64,000 nucleotides of DNA, from positions 372,001 to 436,000 of the forward strand of contig AP026145.1 of NCBI GenBank assembly GCA_030295235.1, in the 5' to 3' direction. This document shows, one piece after another, positions 1 through 12,937 of this stretch (positions are counted from its first letter, which is position 1; every line of letters starts with the position of its first letter). The notes beneath the pieces are model-generated. The model saw only the letters and a list, made by a program, of their open reading frames with translations, was not told the DNA's origin and searched no databases. The position numbers and the translations under genes were made by a program. The stretch comes from Fistulifera solaris (lineage: Eukaryota).

Positions 1-380
1 CCCCTGAGAGTGGCAACGACTGAGACGAAAGAATGTTGATTTTTGCAAAGGAGAGCTGTTGTTGTGTTCGTACCTTTGTGCGAAAAAAGCGTGAAAAGTA
101 CCAGCCCAATCGTACGATACTTCTTGAAGACAGAAAACAGATCGTTTTTCTTCCTGGAGTTGACTTTCCAGTTTCTGGAGTACGACCGGTAAGCGCCTCA
201 ATGGATCTAAATGATCCGGATTCAACGTGGTGTAATGATTGGGCGACGACAAATGAGACGACAGAACATTGTAAGTGACGACGCGGAGTTTCATATTGTT
301 GATCTAACTTCTCTGAAATATCAATTAGCGCGAGCTTATTGATGAGAAGGCGGTAAATAATAGACTAATGGAACATCAAC

Positions 381-408
381 GAATGAATGAATGAATGAAT
401 GAATGAAT
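381..408. repeat. (GAAT)7 microsatellite
   Basis: gaatgaatgaatgaatgaatgaatgaat read directly. Confidence 0.9.
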
Positions 409-939
409 AACAACAATCACAAAAGCCAAAGCAAAAATGGCGCGCATACTTCGCATTGCCGGGAAATGACTTACCGGTAATACCTATCCCTAAAAGACCC
501 GATCCAGGAGATCATTGTTACAATATCACGAGTCACGACTACCCTTTACTCTTTGTCCCATACATAGTAAGCGTCCACGTCCAGGACACTTTCAATCAAA
601 GACTCAAGACATCATCGACACAAAAACCTACATGACAAAATTCTGGGTCGCAGACACTGGATTACGGAGTACACCATCCTACTGAACTGCTTGAAACGGT
701 ACTAACACTCTTTCGAAGGATTGTACTTTTCACTATCTTGAAGCGATTACGCCATAACCGACGACCGACGACTGACACTCTGAAAACAGTGCATCGTTGA
801 TCGTGCACTCTTGTCGTGCACCCCACGAACTTTTGCGAGCTCTCACCGAAATGGCACAGCGCGGGCAAGATTCGTGCGAAAGAAAGCTCCTCCTCCCATT
901 TGCCTATTCATTCCTTTCTTTCTTTTATGATCCTTCAAT

Positions 940-1762
940 ATGGTGATTATATCTTCCAATACTATAAATAATGCGAACGCCATGTGTAGTACGGAAAACA
1001 TCGATTTCGATTGCGAGAAACTAATTCATGTGTTTGCACCACTCAATCGAGGAGAAATCAGCCCACCCCATAAACGCGGCAAGGTGCGCTTTCGATCGAA
1101 TGAAGCGGACATTGTCGGAACTGTACCCTTACGCAAGGATATCACGGAAGACGAAAAACGACAAATTTGGTGGACGGCGGCCGAGTATCACGGAATACGA
1201 TTGGGAGCCAAGTTTATTACGAAAGACTTGCGCCAGCGAGAAAAGTCCCTCGTCCGGGGAATTGAAGAAGCGTACGCTCGAGCGTTGCATTTGGCGTGTA
1301 CTCTCTCCGATGGCGAGTACGAGGGACTCATGAGGAATTGTGCGTCGCAAGCGCTTTGTATGAAATCATGGTGTGCTCGAGAGTTGTCGGCGAGAGGCCT
1401 GGAATGTTATACGTCTCACAAACATCGATACGAACGAGCGGAATTCGCCGAGGAGACCCGAGTTGCTGTGCTGAAATTGGCAAGGACCAAAACAGCTACC
1501 GAAGATCAACTTTCTGTCTTTTTACAAAGAGTATGCCCGTTCGGCGGCTATTTTTGCTCGATTCTGTGGCGAAGTCGATTCGCAAGTCAGCTCGAATCAT
1601 CGTCACCCTGAGACGAGCAGGAAAGAGTCTCCTGCTGTGGGCAACAGTGAGACTATTCAGAAACCGCCAAGCCCTCCGAATAGTCAAGAATCACTGGAAC
1701 ATGTTCTCAAAACACCGTCGCAAGGAAGGTTGATGGTTCAGCAATTAACGCAACGAGATTAA
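940..1762 (+). CDS. Diatom-type hypothetical protein (VxF...IWW...RGLE...ARFxGEVD family), 1-nt frameshift near 1518
   Basis: ORF 940-1611 has KVRF, EKRQIWWT and RGLECY. A shifted frame after the T-run at ~1518 gives YKEYARSAAIFARFCGEVDSQV and ends at TAA 1760-1762. Paralogous to 7723-8469. Confidence 0.7.
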
Positions 1763-2240
1763 ACTACACCGACTTGCAGGGGAGCCCTTTCGTCAAACTT
1801 ATTGCAAGTTCGAATGCAAGTTCGAATGCAAGCTCTCTTACAACTCTCTTCGATCAGTTTTGTTCCCAACATTCTATTCAATCGGTAACAGTCGCAGCTA
1901 TCATCTTACAATCACATGGAAACACCGAAAAACATTCTAATCACCCTGAGTAGAATGATCGTTTCATTCAGCTATAAATTATATTTAAATTTTAAAACAG
2001 CTTTTAGTGCTTTGGTTCAGTGACTCCCTTTCGTTTCAGTTTGAAAGGTTCCTCGCTTAACAATTTGGTGCAGGCGATCAATCTCGCAAAGGTCTGAAGG
2101 ATTCAAAATACGGTCAAACGAATGTATGCGAAACGGATGTATGCGAAATAAAACAGACTCTTAGAATATTATTACTTTTCGTTTGCTATTAAGGAGTCCC
2201 TTGAACGATCATAATATATGGAAAGGATTGGCCCACTTGC

Positions 2241-3444
2241 CTACATGGCATCCGCATTTGCCGCAGCTTCCTCTTCTTCCTGCTGCTTCATGACCGACGC
2301 CGCATACTGATCGGAAACCTTGCACTGCACACCGACAAAGTTGGTGACATTGCCGGATCCATCGCGAAGAGCCGCGATAAAGAACTGATTCCAGAAGGTG
2401 GTTCCGTCGGCACGGTAGTTGAGCAAGCACACGGACATGTCGTTGCCCTGCTCGATTGCCTTGCGGATGCGCTCGACGTGCTTGGGATCGGTTTCCGGAC
2501 CTTGCAAGAAACGACAGTTTCGTCCCAAAATCTGGTCCAACGAGTAACCCGTCAAGTTCAAAAAACCTTGACTGGCGTACACAATGGGGTTGTCCGGGAG
2601 AGACGGGTCGGTGACCACAAAGTTCTGCTGGGCCGTTTGTAGAGCCTTGATGAAGGAAAAGTCCGGATCGTCCAAGACTTTGTTGGCGATACCTTGGGAA
2701 CTCGCCAAAAGACCGTCGATGCTCGGGCCGTTGTCTTTTTCGTTCAACAACTGTTGGGCCTTGTCGGGTCCCAAGTGAGAACGAATCGACTGGCGGAGTT
2801 TCTCATTCTCTTCCTTGAGAAGAGCCACCGACTGCTGAAGCGACTCGAGCAAGAACTTCTTGCGGATACGAGAGCGCTTGGCATGCTCACGATTGCGTTC
2901 ACTGAAGAAGAGAAAGAGAAATATGAGTCAATGGCTTTTCAAAAGTATACTAGTTCATGCAACACATATTTTTTTCGTACCGTCGCTCGGACTTTTGCTG
3001 CTCACTCATTTTGCGATCCGAAGACTTCTTTTTCTTCGGGACCGCGTATTGCAACTGGTGACTCGCTTGCGGGTTGTGATGGAACGGAATGGCCGCCGTG
3101 GTGCCTCCGCTACCACGTCCCATGGTCAGCGCCGGCTTGCCCTGTTCGATCAACTGCGTGGTAGCAATACCGCCCGCGTTTTGCACCGCTTCCGCCGTGC
3201 CATCATCACGAAGACGAGTGGCGTGAGTGGCGACGCGATCACCCTCACCCGAGTTCAAAATACCGCCGTCGACGGTCTCTTCCGAGGCGAAGACGGTATC
3301 ACCGTCGGGCGTAAACATGACGTCTCCGAAGATATCATCGAGGTTGAGAGCGACCGCGTTGGCGCGAGGTACCGAACGACTCGGTGCGCTATTTCCTCCT
3401 CCAACCGAGGTGAAGAGAGGTGGGGCAACATTAGCATCCGTCAT
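2241..3444 (-). CDS. AUREO1a: Aureochrome 1a (bZIP-LOV blue-light transcription factor); exons 3444-2981 and 2901-2241
   Basis: Removing a GT-AG intron at 2980-2902 restores the bZIP basic region SEQQKSERRERNREHAKRSRIRKKFLLESL. The LOV core is GRNCRFLQG, with flanks LLASSQGIANKVLDDPDFSFIKALQTAQQNF typical of diatom AUREO1a. Confidence 0.93.
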
Positions 3445-3849
3445 CTTGGTAATGTAAGAAAGAGGAATGTATTATTCTTTCAATGAGAAAGAAAGGATCC
3501 GCAGCTTTTGGAAAGGGTGTCAACAGCACGAGTACGTGAAAAATCACGGCAGTGACCCTATCGAGCGCGGAGAATGACTCGATAAAGGAGCCGGTCATAG
3601 TCATTCGAAGAGAGAACGCAGAAAGAAACCGAAAAGATCCGCTGGCTTCAAGGTGTGGTTGAGCGCGCAAACAAAGCGCGGTCTGTTCGACGTTCGACGA
3701 GCATCGTCAAAAACAATGTCCGCAGATGTTCTTTGCGATTTTTATAGAACTGATTTAAAACGCGATGTCCGCAGAGTATCGTAGTTAGTGTTGTCTCAGC
3801 ATATGATTTCCACAACACAAATGTATCAAACCAGTAATGCCTGACAGTA

Positions 3850-3857
3850 TGACGTCA
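3850..3857. promoter_or_regulatory. TGACGTCA palindrome (aureochrome-box/CRE-like) about 400 bp upstream of AUREO1a
   Basis: The sequence is present, and TGACGT is the known aureochrome bZIP binding core. Function here is inferred. Confidence 0.3.
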
Positions 3858-4537
3858 CGGTCATAGTAACAAATCTTGACCCGTGATTGCATTTTAGTCT
3901 TGAATTGTTAGATTTTTTCGTTGCTTTCATTCTTTGAAGCAGTAACTCACGAAACACAAAAGCACCTTGACAAGCACTTGTCTAAGCACATGGTTAGGGT
4001 GCTATGTCAACGAGCTGAAACAAATTTCTCTTGTGTATGAAATTAGCATCTTTGATTAAGGCGTCTTCAAAGGATTCATAGCACGACGACTTTGATTCGA
4101 GTAAAAAGTCAAAATTTTGATTTATTAAAGGTCAATTGTCTCGATTATCAAAAAATTTTCTCGGAAATAGATCTTACGGTAGCCAAACGATCGCGTTGCG
4201 CGGGTCCCGAATGAGTTTTTCCAGTCCCGAGATACATTTCCCTCACTTTTCACGACACTCTCGTCCACTGATTTCGTTCGAAGATTTCAATGCCAGTCCA
4301 TGACGAATGACCGCGCGAGACAAATCTGAGTATACATATTTATGTAGTCTGGGACTCTGAAGACGTTTCGTGCTTAAGCCCCCTCCATCGAACCGGGTTG
4401 AAACGTTTGAAAGCCGCGCACCGCGCTGGTCCGACGACGAGACAAGACAAACAACAAACGAACATAGCAAAGGATAATTATCATCATTTGTGGCCTTTTT
4501 TTTTTCTTAATACCCCAAAAACAACAAGTAAACAAGT

Positions 4538-5254
4538 ATGGTATGTATTTAAATGTTTGAGTCTTTTGAGCGGCCCAATAAGTCGAATGTAGGGACTACG
4601 TTGATTGACTTGGAAACTGGTGAAGCGCGGCCGTAGACGACGGGTCATTGCTGCAAAATTGTCATGCTGCTGGGTTCTCCTTTCGCCTGAGACATGCAGA
4701 CTAGCAATAAAAGCCTTTTTCTTTTTTCGGAAAACGATATTGTGTGACCTGTGCCTTGCCGTTCTCGTTCAGCGACGGTCTTTCGTTTCCATGCTTGACT
4801 TACACGCTGTCATTCATATTTGCCTTTACAGTCAACTGGAGTAGTAGTCGCCGACGAAGTCACTTCCACGTTCAATGCGTTCAAACTTGGACAAGGAGAG
4901 AAGCTGAAGTACATTATCTACAAGATCGAGGATAAGAAGACAATCGTGACCGAGAAGACGGGTGAGAAGGGAAAAACCTATGACGACTTTTGTGCGGATC
5001 TTCCGGATGATGACTGCCGTTACGGTTTGATCGATCTTGACTTCACTACCGATGATGGACGACCGACCAGCAAATTGGTGCTCATCACGTGGAACCCCGA
5101 CTCTGGCAGCATTCGCAACAAAATGCTTTACTCTGGCTCGAAAGAAGCCCTCAAGACGGCCTTGAACGGAGTCGGCATCCACATCAATGCCACGGATCAT
5201 TCCGAGTTAGATTTGGAGGCCTCTGTTCTGCCTATTTGTCGAAAATTCGCGTAA
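4538..5254 (+). CDS. Actin-depolymerizing factor / cofilin; exon 1 is only ATG (4538-4540), intron 4541-4831
   Basis: ATG|GTATGT...TTTACAG|TCAACTGGA gives MSTGVVVADE. ADF-H motifs include YIIYKI, CRYGLIDL, WNPD and KMLYSGSK. Confidence 0.92.
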
Positions 5255-5744
5255 ATGTGTCAGTTTCATTATCTGTTGTCATTAAAGGATTCTAGCAATG
5301 CATTGCGTTGCTGGCCATAAAGACTATTATAGGAGCAATGTTTACGAAGCGAAAGTAACTTGATCTAAATTGTGTCGTGTGTGTTTTGATACTCCGTAGT
5401 ACGATTCTTCGTGCTGCTTTGTCATCAATCGAAGAGTTTTCGTTGCTGGACTCATCGTGCGACTGTCTAGCCATAATGGTGTTCTTTGACGAAAACGACG
5501 AGCAGTATTTCCCTACTCACGATTTGCATCCTTTCTAAAGAGTTGGTAGTCAGCAAAGCGACTAATGGGGGCTTTTTAAAGTTGAAGATGGTGTCTGAAG
5601 TCGGTTCTCTAAGCCACACAAAGATGAGAATCTATCACTAGAAAAGCAGAACAGCAGTGCGCTTTGCATTAAAGATTCGTTGAAAACGTTTCGATTCCAC
5701 TAAGTATATATATAAATATGTATGCTTATCGCTAGTAATCATGA

Positions 5745-6590
5745 TCAGTTGTCTTTCTTATCCGTCTTGTTCGCCCCTTCCTCCGAGACGTCGTCGTCGA
5801 TTCCAACTGTGCGGTTGATTCCCAAGATACGCACGCCGTTCATGTACGGTGCCTTGGCTAGTAACGCAATGGCCAGCATGATAAAATTCGCCAAAACCGC
5901 CAGAGGCTCATAGTGCGAAAAATGGCATGCGGCGTAACACAAAACCGTCGGAACAATCAACAACACTTGACGAATGGCGTACGCATCCGATCCGCGCGCT
6001 TCCAGTTGCTCCCATATAGTAAGCGCGTTCATTTCTCCCTGTGGATCGAACACGCTGCCCTTCAACCAGTGTACATGTACCACTGTCACCGTCAAGTGAA
6101 TCGCATGTGTCAATGTCAAAGAGGCCCGGCCCAACTGCGACTCTTCCACCGCATCACCCACCGTTACATGGAGCAGCAGAATCACCACCAGTAGAACAAA
6201 AAGAATCAGCGTTATGTACATGAACAGGAACATCAAGACCGAAGGCGGTGAAGCGATGCGTTGCACTTCCAAAGGCAGTAAATCATCCCCTTGTCCGTAC
6301 AAACCGGAATATGTGCGCGAGATATCTCTCGAGTTGATTCGATTCCGGGGACTGCAAGCTTTCACTGAAGGTTCAAGGCTATCGTCAACGGATCCCAGTG
6401 TGGAGATGCCATCCATGGACGCGGCATCGCTGTGATTTGGCTGCATTTGTAGATTTCCTTTCGTCAGTAAGTCTCGAATTCGATTCGGTGAGGATGATCG
6501 TCTTCCGAAGCGCAAAAACCGTTTGCGGGTTTTCTGTCCACTATTGCTATCTGTATCTCTTGAAAAGATCTGGAATCCAGTTATTCCCAT
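5745..6590 (-). CDS. ORMDL/ORM1-family regulator of sphingolipid synthesis, with N-terminal extension
   Basis: HWLKGSVFD...LTIWEQLE and AKAPYMNGVRILGIN match ORMDL signatures; several TM segments. Confidence 0.8.
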   Translation of the reverse strand: MGITGFQIFSRDTDSNSGQKTRKRFLRFGRRSSSPNRIRDLLTKGNLQMQPNHSDAASMDGISTLGSVDDSLEPSVKACSPRNRINSRDISRTYSGLYGQGDDLLPLEVQRIASPPSVLMFLFMYITLILFVLLVVILLLHVTVGDAVEESQLGRASLTLTHAIHLTVTVVHVHWLKGSVFDPQGEMNALTIWEQLEARGSDAYAIRQVLLIVPTVLCYAACHFSHYEPLAVLANFIMLAIALLAKAPYMNGVRILGINRTVGIDDDVSEEGANKTDKKDN

Positions 6591-7722
6591 AATCTAGATG
6601 TAGTGATGTAGAGTAGCTGACACTCGAAATGCAAGTCAATCGAACGATAGAAGCAGCCAAAATTCAAGCACGGTAAGCCTTCTCTTTTGATACGCGATAA
6701 GCAACTAGTGATTGTCAATGCGATACAAGAGAAAGATGTCGACAATGCTTGTTTAACAAGTGGTATGCAATGTTTATCAGGTGTCAATCAAATATGATTT
6801 CTTGTTTTACTTTCGTGTCGTTGGTCGTTGCTTGTTGCCGTTGTCTTCTTTCATCACGAACGACTCCACGAAGAAGCACGAAGCAAAGCGCAAAGCGTCT
6901 TTATTTGAAGGTCGATCAATTACGAAATGAACGTCAACTTTAACGTCTTTTTACCGAGCAAACCGTATTATTAAGGAATGTCCATATGTATAAAACTTGA
7001 TGTAACGATCGATTACTACGTACAGTAGTTACACCAATGCTAGTTAAATTGCTCAACGGAAAAGCCTACCATAGTCTGTTTCACGGATCAAAGAGCAATA
7101 ATACCTGGTAGTGTCACGGGTCACTGATTGTCACGTGTCACACTGTTTGTGCTTTTGTACCTGGTAACACGTTTCACACGTCACTGGTCACGGGTCAATC
7201 GTCAATCTCGTTAAGTCCGCGTCATAAATAGTACTATCTACTATCGGCAGATTTTTTGTCCGTAGAAACAGAGACCCGGATGCGGGAAGATGTTCCTTAA
7301 GTATCCATTAGCCTTATTAGGAACACTCTATGACCACCAATACCGGTTCAAGCACATCACTTGGTTCGTTCAGCAAGTAATGTTCTCTACACAATATGCT
7401 ATACTTATTATTTTTTTCTTTTACGTTAATGTTTCGGGTTTGGCTTTTTCCGGAATTTGAAAACCAGTCAGGAAGTGATAAAGAAGGATTTGTCATCATA
7501 CAGCACTGTACTGGGCCCAAGAGACTATTATAACTGACTTATTCCACAGCCCACCGTTCACCGTTCACAGTTCACATCTCCGCCGCCAGCGAAAAACAAC
7601 CTTGCAACCAAAGCACATCTCAGGGAAGGAGGGAATACGCATCAATTCTGCAATCAACTATCTCATCGCACGTAAGAAGAAAATTGAATACAAACATTCA
7701 TTGACTATCAGCGCCCGCAACA

Positions 7723-8469
7723 ATGTTCGTAGACTGCAATTCATCGAAAGCAGAATCCACTCAATCGGCTGGTTACTCGAAGAAGAGTTTAACGACTCGA
7801 TCGGATGTACCTACCTTGTCATCGAATCGCAGAAAAGCGGTTTCGTTTGTCGATGGCTTCCACACAGTTGCCACCTTACTAGTTCCATTCTACGAATTGA
7901 CCAAAGAAGAGCGCCGCACAATATGGTGGACGAAGAAAGACTTCAAGATCTTCCGACAACACGCCCAATTGCTGGCTTCGCACGATCGACAACTGCGATG
8001 TCAATTCCAAGATCCTAGCACGCCACCTCCTTGCGAATATCAAAGAATGAAGCACTTTGTTGCAACGAATTGTGCAACAGAAGAGGCAACAGAACGCTTA
8101 TTATCCAATTTTCGAGTAGAATTGATAGCTCAAGAACTTAGGTGTTCGGCCGTCCCCGAGTTGAGAGGCTTAGAACAGTGGACGAGTCGTTCGTACTCGG
8201 ATACGAAGAAAGCTCTCACAGAAGAACATCGCAGGACTGTGCTAAGATCAAATCGTAACGCCGTGGCCGACAAGTCGATCGAGAAAAGTCGGGTGTGTCG
8301 GTTGCTGGCGAGATTCTGGGGCGAAGTCGATGCGCAAGTGATGCGAGAGGACACATCCGAAGGACACGAATCACCTTCGTTGAGACCCAAGAGCCCCACT
8401 TCCATTACGGCAAGTCCACCGAAAGCCCGGCCTATCAAGTTACCGCTACAACACCGTGGAATTGCCTAG
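7723..8469 (+). CDS. Diatom-type hypothetical protein, paralog of 940-1762
   Basis: AVSF...ERRTIWWT...LRGLEQW...LARFWGEVDAQV. Confidence 0.75.
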   Translation: MFVDCNSSKAESTQSAGYSKKSLTTRSDVPTLSSNRRKAVSFVDGFHTVATLLVPFYELTKEERRTIWWTKKDFKIFRQHAQLLASHDRQLRCQFQDPSTPPPCEYQRMKHFVATNCATEEATERLLSNFRVELIAQELRCSAVPELRGLEQWTSRSYSDTKKALTEEHRRTVLRSNRNAVADKSIEKSRVCRLLARFWGEVDAQVMREDTSEGHESPSLRPKSPTSITASPPKARPIKLPLQHRGIA

Positions 8470-8580
8470 ATGCGGAACGAGAGAGTGTCTTGCTCACAAC
8501 ATGTAAACTTAAATAGTTATATAAAGAGTTATAAAACACAGCTACTACTCCGTACTTAATAAAAAAGCAAAACATCATCT

Positions 8581-9753
8581 TCAGCGAGATCTTTGAGACG
8601 ATGATCCTTTGTACTTTTGATGAATTTGGTAAAACAAGACACCGAACACCACGGCGGCCCCGATTCCGGCCTTGAGGGCAATCACGTGCCCAAAGAGTAA
8701 GGCCGACAAGGAAATGGAAAACATTTGCCGCGTCGTCATAATCACGGTAAAGGCAATTGGCCCAAACTCTTTGATGGTGTAAAAGATGAACAACTGCCCC
8801 GTCGCCGAAGTAATGGCGGTAATAATGTTGTATCGCAAAGCCACGGGGTTGGCTTGCAAGAATTCAAAGACAATCGGTAAATCTCCCGACACGAGCAATC
8901 CGGCGGTGGTGATACAAATCGCCGACGTATTCACTCCCAACATCATTTGATACGGATCGACATTCGCTTTTCCGTAATCCTTGTAGATGCGAGATTGCCA
9001 TTGGGATGTAAACGAATCGAACGAAATGTAGCACAGTAGGAACAGCAATCCGAGAAACTCTGTGTTGGTGTCGGTCTTGGCGTCTTTGCTATAGAGAGAA
9101 AAGATGGCAACACCCGAGGTAATCAAAAGGCTTCCAAGTACTGCGACCAGGGATACAAAGATCCCTGCAACACTTTGCCCATGATCATGACGGGAATAAT
9201 CTTGGATGATTTGAAGACCGTTTGCACGGGAAATGAAACATACTTGAGTGACGCATACTGCGACCAGGAACTCAACGTATTCGAAAGCGCACACGGAGTG
9301 AACGCCAGTAACGGTGCTGCATTATTCGAAAAGAAGGCACCGTGTTTCACTTTGACCGCCACTAAAGCCACCAAGACGGCCAAAAATCGGTTCGAAAAAA
9401 ACACAAAAAGGCCGCCGAAGGGAATTTGCCCGAAGGCACTCGTGCGGTTGGTTGAAACTTGGTGGTCATAATCAGTTCCTGCATGTAACCCCAAATCAAA
9501 TAGGAAGCCTGTAATCCGCCGAAACAAAAGGCAAATTTGACCGCCGAAGCCCAAAAGGCCGCATGTGCTTCTTTGGTCGGACGGCGATCGGAATCTACCT
9601 CGACGGCGGCGGTTTTTCGAAGACTACAAACACGAATTGTACGATAAGAACAAATGCTTTGTCACGAAAGAGAGCATGTAAAGGAAATACGTACCTTTCC
9701 ATCTCTTCCGCTCGTACCGGTGATTTCGATTTACCGGGTCGTTTGATTGGCAT
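8581..9753 (-). CDS. UAA-family nucleotide-sugar/PAPS transporter (SLC35B2/PAPST1-like); probable 5' intron and frameshifts
   Basis: SSWSQYASLKYVSFPVQTVFKSSKIIPVMIMG; FDSFTSQWQ; GQLFIFYTIKEFGP..FTVIMTTRQ. Confidence 0.85.
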
Positions 9754-10624
9754 TGTTTTCTAAATAAATCGACGCGTAAAAATTTCGTTGGTTGTTGTAT
9801 GAATATTTTTACCGGCGATGATCCTTCCGTCCTTCACACAGTTAACACAAATGTCTGAGCTGTTTGCTTTTGGCTAAGAACCTGAAATTGCTGCAATAAA
9901 TTGGTTGCAATAGAAATGAACAGGCTCTGTTTCCTTTGAAATAAAACAGTGAAAATGACCAAAGATGCGTGTGCGCTTTATTGCCCAGTTGCACGTTGCA
10001 CCTTTGTAGGTGATTATGTATCTTACCGGTAGTCTTTTTTGATAAATAGGTTCGGTCTCAAAAAAGTAATCTACAGTATCGTTGATATGACAAGGTACTA
10101 TAGGTCAAAGTGTTGGTTTAGGCGCTTCATGACTGAATGTGGTCATCAGTCGTGTGCATTTGCTACGTCCTCCGTCAAATTCTAAGGAGAGCGTATTCTC
10201 TTTCTTGCACCACCAAAATCACATCCTTATTTCGGTACACGTGTCATTGCTTCGGAAAGCCATTCTACCTTACATAAACTATCGAGACAAGCCAGAAAAT
10301 CGAGAGTGAATATGATCTAAATCAATAGAGGTCGAATAGACAACAAACGATCCGGTTTTATTCGTTCTTTTGCCAGTATAACGTAGTCTCTGTAACAATG
10401 AGAAGATATGCCTTGGGCTGCTTTTACATATACAACAATTCTGAACTCTTCACGGTGGCGGAAGTTTGCTCTAGGAAATCAATCATGATCCAATTTCAAA
10501 TGGCACCTTGAGAGATGACTCGTCTACAACACAAGACCGGGCTAGGTAAAGAGTAAAGAGTCATTCGGCACTACTTAACATGTTAATTTTTCTTAACTCT
10601 ATAGCATTTGTAACTCCCGGTGTG

Positions 10625-11215
10625 TTACATTAACTCCATCTCTGGCACCGGGCGATACAGTGAAGCACTTGGTCCGTCAACACTCTCGTAACCTCTAGTT
10701 CGTGATAGCTGCCTGGACTCTGGAAACTTCCACACCATGACGGCAGTCGAGAACCACAAGATAGTGGCAACACCGTTGGACTCTACTAAAAATCCCCGCA
10801 TATGACAAAATTTATCCACTTCGTCGTCTATTTCCTTGCTATGATCGGTTTCGCTGTGAAATTCATCCAAGTGGCGACAAATCCTAGCCGTGTATACAAA
10901 GTATGCCTCTCGTGCACAGAAATAGGCCAAAACAAAGCAGAGGGTCGCCGAAACGGTCAATATGCGCTCGGGGACGGGTCGAAAGGTTGTCGTCATCAGA
11001 ATTCCCCACGCCGTTAACGCAAACGGACCACTGCCAAAGTCAAAAGCAACAATGTTGGCAATTACTGCTAGCTTCATCAATATTATGGTCCAAATGACCG
11101 GTGGATCTCGTCCATGAGGAAAGGAGCTGAAAAATATAGCAACGGCAAGTGATCGGAATGGTTGAGTGACGGATGGCTCAAAAGTAAATGGATAAAGAGG
11201 AGCAGCAACAAACAT
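10625..11215 (-). CDS. Hypothetical multi-pass membrane protein (5' end uncertain)
   Basis: 196-aa ORF with about 4 hydrophobic segments; no family recognised. Confidence 0.5.
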   Translation of the reverse strand: MFVAAPLYPFTFEPSVTQPFRSLAVAIFFSSFPHGRDPPVIWTIILMKLAVIANIVAFDFGSGPFALTAWGILMTTTFRPVPERILTVSATLCFVLAYFCAREAYFVYTARICRHLDEFHSETDHSKEIDDEVDKFCHMRGFLVESNGVATILWFSTAVMVWKFPESRQLSRTRGYESVDGPSASLYRPVPEMELM

Positions 11216-11885
11216 CCACTACATACAAGAATTCAACTATCGTGTCCATGTGCTGTTATATTATACCGAAAAGGTCAGGAAGATAAAGAACAATGAGCTT
11301 TTCCGAGAAATGTTTGACCGGTCATTCGCTTTCAATGTTCTTTTTGCCTTTTTGTTGTTGTGGACGAGAAAATTTTGCGGCGCGGTATGACCGCGAGCGC
11401 TTTTAATCCAGTCACGAGTCAGTCTGCTAACTTTTGAAATTACTTACTGGCCTCTAATAATTAGTCGGAAAGATCGATCACCCACAAATGTGTTCTTTGG
11501 AGCAACTTGCTTTATCGTCAAATGCTTAAAGCATGCACGCCTCAGTTCTTGATGTCAATAAATCTGCAATTGAAATAGATGTCCTTTCTACTATCACCCA
11601 AAGTGTATATTACTTTTTCTGTGACTACATTTCAGTCACGAGTTAGTACGTTTGCGAGCGAGAAATTACATCAACAGATTGCCGTGCTCCGAGCTAGACA
11701 AGTAAAAGCAAATAGTTTACATGACGAAGGATACTGCTGAAAAAAGAGCGAAATTGCGTCGTGTCTTCCTACTACCGTTGATGATTTGTCTTGGTAGGTT
11801 AACCGCATTACTCCCGCTGCAATTAAATCATAGATCATTCTCAATTTGCGACGACACAGTTGACAGTCAATACTTGAATATCGGT

Positions 11886-12937
11886 TTATACCTCTTGCAT
11901 TCTGTGTGGATACTCATCTACTTCTTCTCCGTCATCGTCGTCGTCGCCGCCGTCGTCATCGGCGTCATCATCGTCGTCATTTTCAACTGAGTCTACTTCA
12001 TCGGCTGCAGCGTCAACGTAATCCTCATCGCCGTCATCGTCATTGTCGACACTATGGTGTTGCTCTTCTGCAGATGTATCTATACAAGCTGGTGAAGGCT
12101 GCTCCATCCTGTTCGAATCCGTATGAGAAAGCTCCTCCTCCTCGGCGGCAAATTCAATCTCGTGTTCCGCTTCTCGATTGGGATCGTTCGAATCTGTGAC
12201 TCTCTTCTTCTCGCCACTTGGGTAACAAAAGGACGCCAACAACAAAATCACCAAGCCCACTAACACCAACCCACAGGCCGCAAAGGCGATCCACGCAAAA
12301 TGGTCCATACGGTCGACAGTCCCAACAGGGACTCCTCGTCCTCCTTTTCGTTGGTGGACACTACCGGACTACGGGACGGTCGTTCGGAAGTCGGTGGTTG
12401 TGTCGGAAAGAGTTCCGACAATGGAATGTTCGTGGGCGCCGGTGTCGGTGGTATCGTCATGGCGGGTTCGGTCGATGAGCAATCGGCCGCCATGGCCAAT
12501 TCCATGCCACGACACAGGCGCTCCGTATACGCTTCCGGATACACTTGCAGGGGCAAGCGTATCGAAGCCGACCCAGTTCGGTCACAACACAAGGGATCAA
12601 ACGAGCCGGTGGGAGGGTCCAAGGATGGATAATCCAAACAGGCGCATTGCAATTCTTCAAAAACGATTCGGTATGACGAGTCGGTGTTCGACGCACTTTC
12701 AATGTCGGGACAAGTCGGGAAAGGAGACAAGCGGATAGTTGCGTCAAGAAATTCTCCAAAAAATAGCATTTGATCGGTGTTGGCGTCGCTGCTGGTCATG
12801 GCCAGTGCACAGTCTTCGAAGGTAAAGAACAGATAATCGCTGGCATCCTCTGCTGTTGTCATTGTAGGAGAAAAAACGAGTGTGACGACCAGAAACAGCC
12901 GTGAACTACACGCAGGCGAGAAATGTTGTTGCCTCAT
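11886..12937 (-). CDS. Type I membrane protein: signal peptide, EF-hand-like loop plus Cys-rich ectodomain, PT linker, TM, acidic tail (frameshift ~12300)
   Basis: ORF 12260-12937 has the signal peptide and DANTDQMLFFGEF, CAC and CC motifs. It continues into ORF 11886-12308, which has the TM and a poly-Asp tail. Confidence 0.7.
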
